Below, piece after piece: positions 27,295 to 37,772 of a DNA stretch of 64,000 nt. The stretch comes from Fidelibacterota bacterium. GTDB lineage: Bacteria > Fidelibacterota > UBA2242. The stretch spans positions 2,371 to 66,370 of the forward strand of contig JADHWC010000002.1 in NCBI GenBank assembly GCA_016783665.1, in the 5' to 3' direction. The notes under the pieces were generated by a model. It made no database searches, had not been told where the DNA came from, and saw only the letters and a program-made list of their open reading frames with translations. The stretch's first letter is position 1. Every line of letters starts with the position of its first letter. The translations under genes and the position numbers were made by a program.

Positions 27295-30200
27295 GATAAC
27301 TCCTTGTTTTGATTTTTAAATTGTCTTTCCTTAATAATTGTATACAGAACCGGCACGACAAATGTTGTGATGACGCCGATGAACATTCCGCCAAAGGAGG
27401 GGATTGCCATGGGTACCATGATGTCGGAGCCTCGGCCGGTGGAGGTGAGAACCGGCAGCAAGGCCAAAACCGTTGTGCTGATGGTCATCATTGCCGGGCG
27501 GATTCTTCGCGAACCGGCCGCGACCGTGGCCTGGCGAATCTCGCGAATGGTCTCAGGTTTATGACGCGCAAAACTCTGTTCGAGATAGGTGCTGATGATG
27601 ACGCCGTCATCGCTGGCGATGCCGAACAGTGCCAGAAAACCGACCCAGACCGCCACACTGAGATTGATCGGGTGGACCTGGAACATCTCCCGGAGGTTGA
27701 CCCCGGCGAAACTGAAGTTGAGAAACCAGTCCTGACTGTAGAACCAGAGCATCAGAAAACCGCCCGCCCAGGAGACGATGATCCCGGAAAAAACGATTAA
27801 GGTCACCGGCACTTTTTTGAACTGGAAATAGAGGATCAGAAAAATAACTGCCAGAGACAGTGGCAGAATTACGCGCAGTCGCTTGACGGCCCGAATCTGG
27901 TTCTCATAACTCCCGGCGAAGCGGTAACTAACTCCGGCCGGAATGACCAGCTGACCGGATTCGATCTTCGTTTTTAGGTAGCGCTGGGCCTGTTCGACCA
28001 CGTCCACCTCCGCCCAGTCATCCTGTTTATCAAACAGTACATAGCCGATCAGGAAAGTGTCTTCGCTTTTGATGACCTGGGGACCGCGGATATAATTGAT
28101 GGTGGCTAATTGTCCCAGCGGAATCTGGGTGCCATTCGGTGCGGCGACGAGAATATCTTCCAGGGATTCGATATTGTCCCGCAGTTCCCGCATATAGCGC
28201 ACCCGAACCGGATAGCGTTCACGACCTTCAACTGTTGTGGTAATCTGCTTACCACCGATGGCGACTTCGATGACATCCTGAACCTGACGCAACGGAATCT
28301 GGTAGCGCGCAATCGCCTTGCGGTCGATCTCGATTTCCAGGTAAGGTTTTCCGACGATGCGATCCGCAAAAACAGCGGACGCTTTCACCGCAGGAACCTC
28401 TTTTAGATAATGCTCCAGCTGCATGCCGACTTTTTCGATCGTTTCCAGATCGGGACCTTTGACCTTAATCCCCATCGGCGCGCGCATACCGCTCTGCAGC
28501 ATGACAATCCTGGCGGAAATCGGTTGCAGTTTCGGCGCGGAAGTTGTTCCCGGAATCCGGGCGACTTTGACCAGTTCATCCCAGATATCCTGGTTGCTGC
28601 GAATATGGTCACGCCACTGGCGGAACGGTTTGCCCCGTTTGGACGGGATCAGGTTTCCGGCGTTATCCCGTTGAAAACTGCCGTCGGGATTCACGGCAAA
28701 TTTCAGTCGCTTTCCGTTCTTGTCGGTGATATATTCGGATTTGTAATTGATTACTGTTTCGATCATGGAAATCGGCGCCGGGTCCAGCGGCGTGTCCGCG
28801 CGTCCCAGTTTTCCGACGACCTGTTCCACCTCGGGAACCGAATAGAGCGCTTTGTCCAGCTTGGCTAAAACGTCCAGCGCCTCTTCCATTCCGGCGTGGG
28901 GCATGGTGGTAGGCATATAGAGAAACGAGCCTTCATCCAGTGATGGCATAAACTCTTTGCCCATACCCGGGAAGCGGTGATTCCAGTTGGAATAGACAAC
29001 AGTCTTTTTTATAAAATCCGGCATGAATCCAAATATCTTTCCGAAGCCGATCCAACTCATCATACCCAGGATGACGATCGATGTGGGCACACTCAGCATT
29101 GTTTTTTTATGGTCCAGCGCCCAGGTGAGCAGACGCGGGTAGATTTTTGTGTAACCGCTCAAAAGCCCCATGACGGTCCCGATGACCATGGCGGCGAAAA
29201 GGAAATTCAGGATGAATCCTTTGTCGTAACCGAGCGGCGACCATGTGGACGCCAGGATGCTGAGCACTAACGCCACGATGGTCCAGTTGATGATTTTCGG
29301 CAGGCGGGTCTGAATTTTTGGCGGCAGATAATGGGATGTTATTCTGAAAATACCGACGAAAGCCACAATGGTTCCAAGCCACCACTTGAAGGTAAATGCC
29401 AGGATCAGCCCAAAAATAATCAAACCTACACTGGTAAAATGCCGAAACCCGTGTGATCGCTTTTTTCCCCGGTAGAGCAGATGAGCGACCGGCGGCAGGA
29501 TAGTCAATGCCACGATAATTGAGGCAATCAGCGCCAGACTTTTGGTGTAAGCCAGGGGTTTGAAGAGTTTTCCTTCGGCTGCCTGCATGGTGAACACCGG
29601 CAGGAAAGAGACAATGGTGGTCGAAACGGCGGTCAGCACTGCGCCGCCGACTTCAGAAACAGCCCGGAAGAGGACATCCCGCCTGTTTTCATTTTCATCG
29701 GCTTCGTCGAGATGTTTTAACATATTTTCCGAAACCACGATGCCCATGTCCACAATCGTACCGATGGCGATTGCAATTCCAGAGAGCGCCACCACGTTGG
29801 CGTCCACGTGAAAGAGCTTCATACCGATAAACACCATCAAAACTGTGATTGGCAACAAACCACTGATCAGAAGGGATGTCTTGAGATGCATGACCATTAA
29901 AATGATGACAATAATCGTGATCAGGATTTCATCTCTCAGAGCATGGTTCAATGTGCCGAGGGTCTCGTAGATCAGACCGGTTCGATCGTAAAAGGGAACG
30001 ATCGTTACCTGGGACTTGGTTCCATCCGGCAAGATCTTAGACGGCAAGCCGGGACTGATTTCGATGATTTTCTTTTTGAGCCGGTTAATCGTCGCCAGCG
30101 GATTTTCACCATAGCGAACGACCACGACACCACCTACGACTTCGGCGCCTTCCTTGTCGAGTGCGCCGCGCCGCACCGCCGGACCGAGAACGACGTTGGC

Positions 30201-31067
30201 CACATCCTTGATATAGATCGGGACGTTGTCGGTGGTTTTTACCACTGTGAACTCGATATCTTGCAGGGTTTTGATGAAACCGATTCCGCGGATGACATAC
30301 TCCACCCGGTTGACTTCAATTGTCCGGGCCCCGACATCGATATTAGCATTTCGAACGGCGTTGAAAATATTCTGGAGTTTGACACCATGAGCCCGTATCG
30401 CGGCGGGATCGACATCGATCTGGTATTCCTTGACGTAGCCGCCGATCGAAGCGACTTCCGAGACGCCGTCGGTGGATTGCACAGCATAGCGCACATACCA
30501 ATCCTGAATGGAGCGCAACTCCTGTAAGTCCCAGCCGCCGGTCGGGTTACCGTCCGGGTCACGTCCTTCCAGCGTGTACCAGAACACCTGCCCCAAAGCT
30601 GTGGCATCAGGTCCCAGGATCGAACTGACACCTTCAGGAAGGGTGCCTGGCGGTAGGGAGTTCAGTTTTTCCAGAACCCGGCTGCGGCTCCAGTAAAATT
30701 CAGCTTTTTCTTTAAAGATGATATAGATTGTAGAAAATCCGAACATGGAGTAAGATCGCACAGTTTTGACTTCCGGAATGCCGAGCAATGCCACGGTCAA
30801 CGGATAACTGATCTGATCTTCCACATCCTGAGGCGAGCGGCCCATCCATTTGGTGAACACGATCTGCTGGTTTTCGCCGATATCGGGAATGGCATCGACG
30901 GGCACCGGGCTGCGATCAAGCCCGGGAATCTGCCAGTCAAAGGGCGCCACTAAAATTCCCCAGGTAATCAATCCGGCAAGGATCAGGAAGACGATGAGTT
31001 TATTGTCTATAGTATAGGCAATGATTTTGTCAAGTAGTGATAAGCGTTCCTTATTCATGGCTGTCAT
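27291..31067 (-). CDS. cusA: CusA/CzcA family heavy-metal efflux RND transporter.
   Basis: 1258 aa, 12-TM RND topology. Highly conserved HME-RND C-terminus. Confidence 0.9.
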   Translation of the reverse strand: MTAMNKERLSLLDKIIAYTIDNKLIVFLILAGLITWGILVAPFDWQIPGLDRSPVPVDAIPDIGENQQIVFTKWMGRSPQDVEDQISYPLTVALLGIPEVKTVRSYSMFGFSTIYIIFKEKAEFYWSRSRVLEKLNSLPPGTLPEGVSSILGPDATALGQVFWYTLEGRDPDGNPTGGWDLQELRSIQDWYVRYAVQSTDGVSEVASIGGYVKEYQIDVDPAAIRAHGVKLQNIFNAVRNANIDVGARTIEVNRVEYVIRGIGFIKTLQDIEFTVVKTTDNVPIYIKDVANVVLGPAVRRGALDKEGAEVVGGVVVVRYGENPLATINRLKKKIIEISPGLPSKILPDGTKSQVTIVPFYDRTGLIYETLGTLNHALRDEILITIIVIILMVMHLKTSLLISGLLPITVLMVFIGMKLFHVDANVVALSGIAIAIGTIVDMGIVVSENMLKHLDEADENENRRDVLFRAVSEVGGAVLTAVSTTIVSFLPVFTMQAAEGKLFKPLAYTKSLALIASIIVALTILPPVAHLLYRGKKRSHGFRHFTSVGLIIFGLILAFTFKWWLGTIVAFVGIFRITSHYLPPKIQTRLPKIINWTIVALVLSILASTWSPLGYDKGFILNFLFAAMVIGTVMGLLSGYTKIYPRLLTWALDHKKTMLSVPTSIVILGMMSWIGFGKIFGFMPDFIKKTVVYSNWNHRFPGMGKEFMPSLDEGSFLYMPTTMPHAGMEEALDVLAKLDKALYSVPEVEQVVGKLGRADTPLDPAPISMIETVINYKSEYITDKNGKRLKFAVNPDGSFQRDNAGNLIPSKRGKPFRQWRDHIRSNQDIWDELVKVARIPGTTSAPKLQPISARIVMLQSGMRAPMGIKVKGPDLETIEKVGMQLEHYLKEVPAVKASAVFADRIVGKPYLEIEIDRKAIARYQIPLRQVQDVIEVAIGGKQITTTVEGRERYPVRVRYMRELRDNIESLEDILVAAPNGTQIPLGQLATINYIRGPQVIKSEDTFLIGYVLFDKQDDWAEVDVVEQAQRYLKTKIESGQLVIPAGVSYRFAGSYENQIRAVKRLRVILPLSLAVIFLILYFQFKKVPVTLIVFSGIIVSWAGGFLMLWFYSQDWFLNFSFAGVNLREMFQVHPINLSVAVWVGFLALFGIASDDGVIISTYLEQSFARHKPETIREIRQATVAAGSRRIRPAMMTISTTVLALLPVLTSTGRGSDIMVPMAIPSFGGMFIGVITTFVVPVLYTIIKERQFKNQNKELS

Positions 31068-33102
31068 GCTCCATCAATGAACCCGTTTTTGAAGGGAAGG
31101 TGCCTTTCACTTCACCGCAGCTGAGCATTTTTGCACCGAAAAACGGATTGTTAATCTGCTTATCTTTAGCAAGCCAATACGCTCCTTTATTATTAAAGGC
31201 CATCGGGCAGTAACTTTCGTAAAATGTGTCCTCCCCGCTGTGACCGAACTGCTTTTCCATATTCAATACGGCAATGCTGATGTCTTCAAAGGTCTTGCGA
31301 ACGTCCTCATTGGATTGCCAGTGTTTCGCGTGCTTAGTTTGATCCGTGATCTGTTTGCTGATTTGGAGAAATTGATGATGGGCGTCGTCCGCCAATTTAA
31401 AATTGTTGACATTAAAATTATCGACCAGTTTTCCCAGTTTAGTCAGATACGTTTTTGACTGTTTAAAATTGTCTTCAGCCAGTGCAGTCTGGGCGTTGAG
31501 ATAACTATCATAAAGTGGTGACAGGGCTTCCCGGAATTCCACCGGAACATCCACAACCAGTTTCACCATTTCCCGTATTGTGGATTTTGGGACGGCACCG
31601 CTGTGTCCTTCATGACCGGTGTTGCTGACGCCGCCTTCCGGGCTCATCATACTGGGTTTGGCGGCGATTTGCATAGCACTGTCGATCTTGAAATTACCAT
31701 TGGTGACGACTTCCTCACCTTCGGAAAGTCCTTCTTCCACGATGTAAAAATCGCCCGACCGGGCACTGATGCGGATTTCCCGGCTTTCGTAAGTAGGTTC
31801 TTCAGTATTCGGAACTTTGACATAAACGAGTGTGCGCTTGCCGGTTTTCAATACGGCACTGGCAGGCACAAGCAGCGGCAGTTGTTTGCTCGACGGTTGC
31901 CGGACGATGCCCAGTTCCTCGGCTTTGACCAGAGGCATACCGCAGATGTCACAGGTGCCGGGATGATTCTTGACGATTTCCGGATGCATGGGTGATATCC
32001 ATTTGCCGGCGAGTTGTGGATTAATGGAGTTTCCTTCGGCATCAAGACTGGCATGTACTGTTCCACGCAAAAACATACCGGGTTTCAGTTTTCCATCGGG
32101 ATTAGGCAGATTGATACGTACCGATACCGTCCTGGTTTTCGGATCAAGGATTGGGTTGATGAAAGAAATTTTACCTTTAAACATTTCACCCGGCAGGGCT
32201 TCAATTTCAAAGTTGACGGTCTGGGCATATCGCAACCAGAATAGATCGGATTCATAGGCATCCAGCATTACCCATATCCGGTTTAAATCTGCAATTATGT
32301 AAATCTCCATACCGGTATTAACATACATACCTTCAACGGCATGTTTATGGGTGACAATACCCGATAACGGGCTGTAAATGGTTATAATCTCCGACGCCTC
32401 GCGCTTCTTTTCAATTGCTTGAATCTGGATATCGCCAAGGCCCAGCAATCGTAGTTTTTCTCTGGCGGCTTCAAGATTATTACGACTGTTTGATATTACT
32501 GTTGATGACTGATTGGTTTGACGTTCAATTGCCAGTTTAGCCTGTAAAAGTTCTTCCTGGGCAGAAAACAGTTCGGGACTGTAAATATCAACAAGATGTT
32601 CACCTTTTTTTACCGGCATTCCGGCATAATCGGCATAGAGCCTTTCCAGCCGTCCGGACATCCAGGCGGTGATAGTCTTAACGCGAGTTTCATCATAGGT
32701 TATTTTCCCTGATAAGCGTAATTCTTTATGTGCAGGACTCCGTTTTACAGCGCTCGTCTGGATCTCAGCTAGTTGCCTGGCGGTTTCCGACATCTGTAGT
32801 TGACGGGGATGATCAACATCAGCATTTGTTTTAAGAGGGATTAAATCCATAAAACAGATCGGGCATTTTCCGGGTTCCGGTAATTTAATCTGGGGATGCA
32901 TCGAACAGGTCCACCACTCAGCTTCATTGGTATGAGTATGTTCGGAAGCTGTACTTGCGGCGTATTCTATCGGTTTATGTTTGAAATTATACCCTGCCAG
33001 AAATGCAAGAAATATTATGATCGAGATTATAACAATTTTAGATGATGGTTTTGATATATAAGATTTCATGATGTTCGGTAAAATTTTAATAAACTTTTCC
33101 AT
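31051..33102 (-). CDS. cusB: RND efflux periplasmic adaptor (CusB-like) with an N-terminal Cys/His metal-binding domain and a C-terminal extension.
   Basis: WTCSMHPQ...CPICFMDL near the N-terminus, and a second Cys/His/Met-rich motif (ISPMHPEIVKNHPGTCDICGMPL). Membrane-fusion beta-barrel and lipoyl core. Confidence 0.8.
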   Translation of the reverse strand: MEKFIKILPNIMKSYISKPSSKIVIISIIIFLAFLAGYNFKHKPIEYAASTASEHTHTNEAEWWTCSMHPQIKLPEPGKCPICFMDLIPLKTNADVDHPRQLQMSETARQLAEIQTSAVKRSPAHKELRLSGKITYDETRVKTITAWMSGRLERLYADYAGMPVKKGEHLVDIYSPELFSAQEELLQAKLAIERQTNQSSTVISNSRNNLEAAREKLRLLGLGDIQIQAIEKKREASEIITIYSPLSGIVTHKHAVEGMYVNTGMEIYIIADLNRIWVMLDAYESDLFWLRYAQTVNFEIEALPGEMFKGKISFINPILDPKTRTVSVRINLPNPDGKLKPGMFLRGTVHASLDAEGNSINPQLAGKWISPMHPEIVKNHPGTCDICGMPLVKAEELGIVRQPSSKQLPLLVPASAVLKTGKRTLVYVKVPNTEEPTYESREIRISARSGDFYIVEEGLSEGEEVVTNGNFKIDSAMQIAAKPSMMSPEGGVSNTGHEGHSGAVPKSTIREMVKLVVDVPVEFREALSPLYDSYLNAQTALAEDNFKQSKTYLTKLGKLVDNFNVNNFKLADDAHHQFLQISKQITDQTKHAKHWQSNEDVRKTFEDISIAVLNMEKQFGHSGEDTFYESYCPMAFNNKGAYWLAKDKQINNPFFGAKMLSCGEVKGTFPSKTGSLMEHDSHE

Positions 33103-34438
33103 TTGATCCTCCGGTTAGTTGATAGAGTTGGGCCTTCATTTTTTGGTGTTGAACTATGATCGATTCATATTCAAGCAGAAGTTGTAAGTACCGGCGTTGT
33201 GCGTCTGTTAAAGCATAGAAATCGCTGTTTCCGCTGATGTATTCCTTTTCAGTGGTATGCAGATAATCCAGGCTCATCGGGATCAGATCAGTTTGATAAC
33301 GGATGGCTTTCTTATAACTATCATCAAGCTTATAAAGAACCCAGGTGAGTTCTGCATTAAGATTATTCGACAGGTTTTGGTATTCAAGTGCTGATTTTTT
33401 ATTTAGATTTCTGGCAGCGCTTACCTCATGACGCTGCTTTTTTATCCAGAGAGGAACATTTATTGAAACCATAAACGCTAACGGATCTTTGCCGCTATAC
33501 TTAACAGGGCTGTCCCCGGAAGTATATTTTTCACCGGTTAGGATCCAATCAAAGCCCAACCCGAAATCGGGGTAATAACCCAATTTCGATTGTTGCAGAT
33601 TTGCTGATGCCATTGATTTTTGTTCTCGTAGTTGCTGTACTAATGGGTTTTGAGTAACGATGATAGAGTCCAAATATTCTCTGGATAGTAAAACTGGCGT
33701 CACGGTCAGCGATTCCGGCAGCTGGATATTGGTCTGCGTATCGGCATTAAGAAGAGATTGAAACGTGCTGATCAGCGGTGATTGTCGGGTTTTCAATGAA
33801 CGCAATTCTTCCTCAAGTTTTATGCGTTCAATCTGGACCTGGATGAGGTCGGTATAGGAACGGGATGCTGTTTTATAGCGGGTCTGTACCAGGTTTTCCC
33901 ATTGTTTGACCAGTTCCAACTGATTTTCTGTAATGGAAATCGACTGTTGCAAGAAGTAATAGTCATAATACGTGTTGTGCAAGTTGGTACGGAGTTCATA
34001 GATCTGAGTGCGAAGTTTTTGATATTCAACACTTGCCTGAAGAGATTGAATATTTTTTTTGACACTCAATTTTTTCAACCAGGGAATAGGTTGTGAGAAA
34101 CTGATTTTATATTCTTGCGGACCAACGGCTGTTTCAACAGAGGTAAGGAAATATCCGAGGGAAATCGTGGGATTTGGTATTCTGGTTGAGGTTTTAACCC
34201 TGTCCCTGGCCGCCTGCCAATGGTGATATGCTGCCTGAATAGACGGATTTTGCTTGATAGCATACTGCTCATAAGATTCCAGAAACGGATTATCGGATTT
34301 TATATATTGAATTCGTTCCAACGAGAGAGGGAGAGCCGTATTATCCGCCTTCCCGAATGCGGCTGTAAGGCGGTAACCGGTTACTATGATCAGAATGAAT
34401 AAAAATTTTATTGATGTTGTAGTTGTTAATCCTTTCAT
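33086..34438 (-). CDS. cusC: TolC-family outer membrane efflux protein.
   Basis: Signal peptide. Duplicated coiled-coil/beta structure. It is the first gene of the 33-27 kb operon. Confidence 0.8.
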   Translation of the reverse strand: MKGLTTTTSIKFLFILIIVTGYRLTAAFGKADNTALPLSLERIQYIKSDNPFLESYEQYAIKQNPSIQAAYHHWQAARDRVKTSTRIPNPTISLGYFLTSVETAVGPQEYKISFSQPIPWLKKLSVKKNIQSLQASVEYQKLRTQIYELRTNLHNTYYDYYFLQQSISITENQLELVKQWENLVQTRYKTASRSYTDLIQVQIERIKLEEELRSLKTRQSPLISTFQSLLNADTQTNIQLPESLTVTPVLLSREYLDSIIVTQNPLVQQLREQKSMASANLQQSKLGYYPDFGLGFDWILTGEKYTSGDSPVKYSGKDPLAFMVSINVPLWIKKQRHEVSAARNLNKKSALEYQNLSNNLNAELTWVLYKLDDSYKKAIRYQTDLIPMSLDYLHTTEKEYISGNSDFYALTDAQRRYLQLLLEYESIIVQHQKMKAQLYQLTGGSNGKVY

Positions 34439-34529
34439 GAAATTTTCCCTTTCGTTGTCTTGTTATAATAGTCTGTTACTGATCGTTTATATCACTAATA
34501 GATTAGACCTGAAAGAACAGGGAAAAATT

Positions 34530-34886
34530 CTATATACGCAGAGGACTATTTATCTGAATATTCGGTGGAGGGTTATATACATTTTTAATGAAAGTTGAAT
34601 AAGGGACAGCAGTACAGTAATCAATGTCGGGTTCTGTAGTCAACGTTTGAGAAAGTTGATAAGTGGAATTGTTGGTTGAAAGAATAGAAACGGTTGGTAA
34701 GACAATTATAATCTCAATACTGCATCCATCGGGAGTCTGCTCGCAACTGTTTTCTTCGACTGACAGGCAGCAACAGCATTCCGACCCGCAACATTGTTGG
34801 TCACAGGAATTCAGATGGTAATATGCCACACCATTCGTACAAGTGATCAACAATATCATGATTATATATATTAAGCGTCTGAACAT
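34530..34886 (-). CDS. Small Cys-rich secreted or membrane protein of unknown function upstream of the cus operon.
   Basis: N-terminal hydrophobic segment, then NSCDQQCCGSECCCCLSVEENSCEQTPDGCS (12 Cys in about 35 residues). Confidence 0.35.
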   Translation of the reverse strand: MFRRLIYIIMILLITCTNGVAYYHLNSCDQQCCGSECCCCLSVEENSCEQTPDGCSIEIIIVLPTVSILSTNNSTYQLSQTLTTEPDIDYCTAVPYSTFIKNVYNPPPNIQINSPLRI

Positions 34887-34925
34887 TCTACTTATTTGAG
34901 GATGCTAAACTATAGACGTTACATC

Positions 34926-35306
34926 CTAATTCTTCTTTTGTTTTTGGTGATAATCCTTTATCGCAGCTTCCAGGGCTTCTTCAGCAAGGTTTGAACAATG
35001 CATTTTTACGGGCGGCAAGCCATCCAAAGCCTCGGCAACGACTTTGTTGGTAATCTGCCGGGCTTCATCGATTGTTTTACCTATTACGAGCTCAGTCGCC
35101 ATCGAACTGGTGGCAATAGCGGCGCCACACCCGAAAGTTTTAAATTTGGCGTCGACAATTACGTTATCTTTTACTTTAATATACATCTCCATGACATCAC
35201 CGCACATTGGATTTCCCACATGTCCGACTCCATCGGGATTTTCAATTTCACCCACATTGCGCGGATTTCTGAAATGATCCATCACTTTTTCGCTATACGG
35301 TTCCAT
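34926..35306 (-). CDS. iscU: Fe-S cluster assembly scaffold IscU/NifU.
   Basis: GNPMCGD, GCGAAIA and KMHCS cysteine motifs. Confidence 0.85.
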   Translation of the reverse strand: MEPYSEKVMDHFRNPRNVGEIENPDGVGHVGNPMCGDVMEMYIKVKDNVIVDAKFKTFGCGAAIATSSMATELVIGKTIDEARQITNKVVAEALDGLPPVKMHCSNLAEEALEAAIKDYHQKQKKN

Positions 35307-35318
35307 TATTTCAGTTCC

Positions 35319-36479
35319 TTATTTTTTATAAAGTGGCGACATGGCGCGCAATTTTTTAACTATTCCCGGTAGCGCTTCGACAACATAATCCAGCTCGTCT
35401 TTAGTTGTTTGTTTTCCTAATGAGAACCGCACAGAACCGTGGGCAAATTCGTGAGTCAGCCCAATCGAGAGCAGTACGTGACTGGGTTCCAGACTGGATG
35501 AGCTGCAGGCAGAACCGGTTGAGGCGGCGATTCTTTCTATGTCCAGATTCAGCAGGATTGATTCGCCTTCGATGCCCTCAAAGGAAATATTGACGTTATT
35601 GGGTAATCGGAGGGAGGGGTGTCCATTCAGACGGGCGTCATCGATATTATCCAAAATTGCGCGAATGAATTCATCACGTAATTTGGTTTGCCGGATAGCT
35701 TCACTTTTCATGACTTTTCCGGCGATCTCAACCGCTTTTCCCAACCCAATAATGCCGGGCACGTTTTCGGTAGAAGCCCGTCGCCGCCGCTCCTGGTCGC
35801 CGCCGTGGATCAGAGGTGTGATTTTAATTCCTTTTCGAATATATAATGCGCCGACGCCTTTTGGGCCGTAAAATTTATGACCGGAAATACTGAGTATGTC
35901 AACATTCAGGTTATCGACATTTACGGGTATATGACCGAAGGTCTGGACAGCGTCGGTATGGAATGTGATGCCGTTTTTTCGGGCGATTTCACCAATCTGC
36001 CTTATCGGTTGAATCGTGCCGATTTCATTATTGGCATGCATGACCGTAATTAAAATTGTCTGCGGAGTGATTGCTTTTTCCAATTCGTCCAATTTCACAA
36101 TTCCGTCCTGATCGATCGGTAGATAAGTGACTGTAAATCCATTCTTTTCCAAAAACTTACATGTATATAAGACTGCATGATGTTCGATTGAAGATGTGAT
36201 GATATGATTGCCTTTTTGTTGTTTGGCGAGGGCGACGCCTTTGATGGCAAAATTGTCGCATTCGCTGCCGCTGCTGGTAAAGACGATTTCTTTTGGATTC
36301 GCACCCAATGCGTTTGCGACTATTTCACGGGCATTTTCGATGGCGTTTTTTGAGACACGGCTCATTGAATAAATGCTTGAGGGGTTTCCGTAGTGTTCGT
36401 GAAAATAGGGAAGCATGGCTTCCAATACTTCCGGATCAGTTGCCGTCGTAGCGGCATGATCGAGGTAAATCATTTTCAT
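35319..36479 (-). CDS. iscS: Cysteine desulfurase IscS/NifS.
   Basis: Class V PLP enzyme with SGHKFYGPKG and the SACSS active-site Cys loop. Confidence 0.9.
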   Translation of the reverse strand: MKMIYLDHAATTATDPEVLEAMLPYFHEHYGNPSSIYSMSRVSKNAIENAREIVANALGANPKEIVFTSSGSECDNFAIKGVALAKQQKGNHIITSSIEHHAVLYTCKFLEKNGFTVTYLPIDQDGIVKLDELEKAITPQTILITVMHANNEIGTIQPIRQIGEIARKNGITFHTDAVQTFGHIPVNVDNLNVDILSISGHKFYGPKGVGALYIRKGIKITPLIHGGDQERRRRASTENVPGIIGLGKAVEIAGKVMKSEAIRQTKLRDEFIRAILDNIDDARLNGHPSLRLPNNVNISFEGIEGESILLNLDIERIAASTGSACSSSSLEPSHVLLSIGLTHEFAHGSVRFSLGKQTTKDELDYVVEALPGIVKKLRAMSPLYKK

Positions 36480-36913
36480 TGAAGTTCCTCATAGTGGGTT
36501 TTATTGTAATATTTATCGACCAAATCCTGGAGCGTAAAACCGGCTAAGGTTGTTGAAATTGTTTCCTCCAGTTTCGTCCAGATATCTCTGGTGATACAAA
36601 ATCTCGACCGGTTGCATACCTCCGGGGATTCAACGCATTCAGATGGGTATAGATGCCCTTCGAGAACACGGATAATATCTTTCAGAGTGATATCCGTTGG
36701 CGCTTTGGCTAATGAGTATCCACCTCGCGCTCCCCTTGTGGAGTAGACTAAGCGGGCAGTTTTTAAAGGTGGCACGAGATGCTCAAGGTACCGCACGGAA
36801 AGATCTTCTTTTTCAGCGATTTCTTTCAGTAACATGGGACCGTTGCCATAGTTCAGCGCCAGCTGAAACATCAGCCGCGCTCCATATTTTCCTTTTGTCG
36901 AAATTCGTAACAT
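36476..36913 (-). CDS. iscR: Rrf2-family transcriptional regulator (IscR-like).
   Basis: wHTH N-terminus (GKYGARLMFQLA...). Cys residues C(x5)C in the C-terminal region. Overlaps the iscS start. Confidence 0.8.
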   Translation of the reverse strand: MLRISTKGKYGARLMFQLALNYGNGPMLLKEIAEKEDLSVRYLEHLVPPLKTARLVYSTRGARGGYSLAKAPTDITLKDIIRVLEGHLYPSECVESPEVCNRSRFCITRDIWTKLEETISTTLAGFTLQDLVDKYYNKTHYEELQ

Positions 36914-36947
36914 CTTTGTGTTTTTTATAAGTTTTATATCAAACCTT

Positions 36948-36975
36948 AGTATTCCTACTAAACTGGTAGGAATTT
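36948..36975. promoter_or_regulatory. Inverted-repeat operator candidate upstream of iscR.
   Basis: AGTATTCCTAC-TAAACTG-GTAGGAATT, an 8-9 bp perfect inverted repeat 35-60 nt upstream of the iscR start. Confidence 0.4.
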
Positions 36976-37061
36976 AAAATAAATAAATATCTCTGTCAAG
37001 AAAATTGCTAATATTTATAAAAATAGTTGGAATATTTGAAAATTGAGAAGGGATTGATTAT

Positions 37062-37763
37062 CTAAAATAATTGGGTGAGAACTTTCAGAATTATCTCAGA
37101 CACAAATTTATTTCCTTTGTCGTTCAGGTGGACGCCATCATAAGTAAGAATGCCTTTGTCCAGATTATCAGGATTATGGGTTTTTAGATAATTTTGGAAT
37201 TCTTTTCGCAGATCGACTAAATAAAGTTTTTCTTCCTTAGCGACTTTTTTACAGATAGCTGTATATTCATCAAGCTGCGTATCTAATTGATTTGTACCGG
37301 CTTGTTGTTCACCCACGACTGATAGAGTGCAGAGAATAATTTTAGAATCTATTTCTTTTAACTGCTGAATGATGCACTGTAATCCGTTTTCAAATTCATC
37401 TTCTGGTGTTCCGGATTGACCGGGGAGAATAGAGTGCCATACATCGTTAATACCGATATAAATTATAACAACCATAGGACGTTTCGAGAGAACATCTTCC
37501 TGCAAACGTGCCTCCAGATCGGGAACTTTGTTGCCACTGACACCAGCTCCGATGACCTTGATATTTCTACCTGAACAGGTTTTTTTAAGTGAATTAGCGA
37601 TTAATGTAACATAGCCATTTGGTTCTACACCGAGTTCGGTAATGGAATCGCCAAAGAAAATAACTTGTTCATGTCGTGCAGGAGAGCAATTTGAAAAAAT
37701 AAATAACAACATAGTGACTAAGCATACAAAAATTTTTCGATTAGTTGACTGATTCATATTCAC
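37062..37763 (-). CDS. SGNH/GDSL-family hydrolase, secreted.
   Basis: Signal peptide. GDSIT (block I), GINDV and DGVHLN motifs. Confidence 0.7.
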   Translation of the reverse strand: MNMNQSTNRKIFVCLVTMLLFIFSNCSPARHEQVIFFGDSITELGVEPNGYVTLIANSLKKTCSGRNIKVIGAGVSGNKVPDLEARLQEDVLSKRPMVVIIYIGINDVWHSILPGQSGTPEDEFENGLQCIIQQLKEIDSKIILCTLSVVGEQQAGTNQLDTQLDEYTAICKKVAKEEKLYLVDLRKEFQNYLKTHNPDNLDKGILTYDGVHLNDKGNKFVSEIILKVLTQLF

Positions 37764-37772
37764 GTGTCTATA

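Noticed and set aside
27309-30696. Many plus-strand ORFs of 60-190 aa inside cusA (27309..27800, 28110..28406, 28410..28868, 29943..30527 and others) and inside cusB and the oxidoreductase genes
   Set aside because: They are antisense or out of frame to long, well-supported genes. They are typical GC3-driven shadow ORFs with no ribosome-binding sites.
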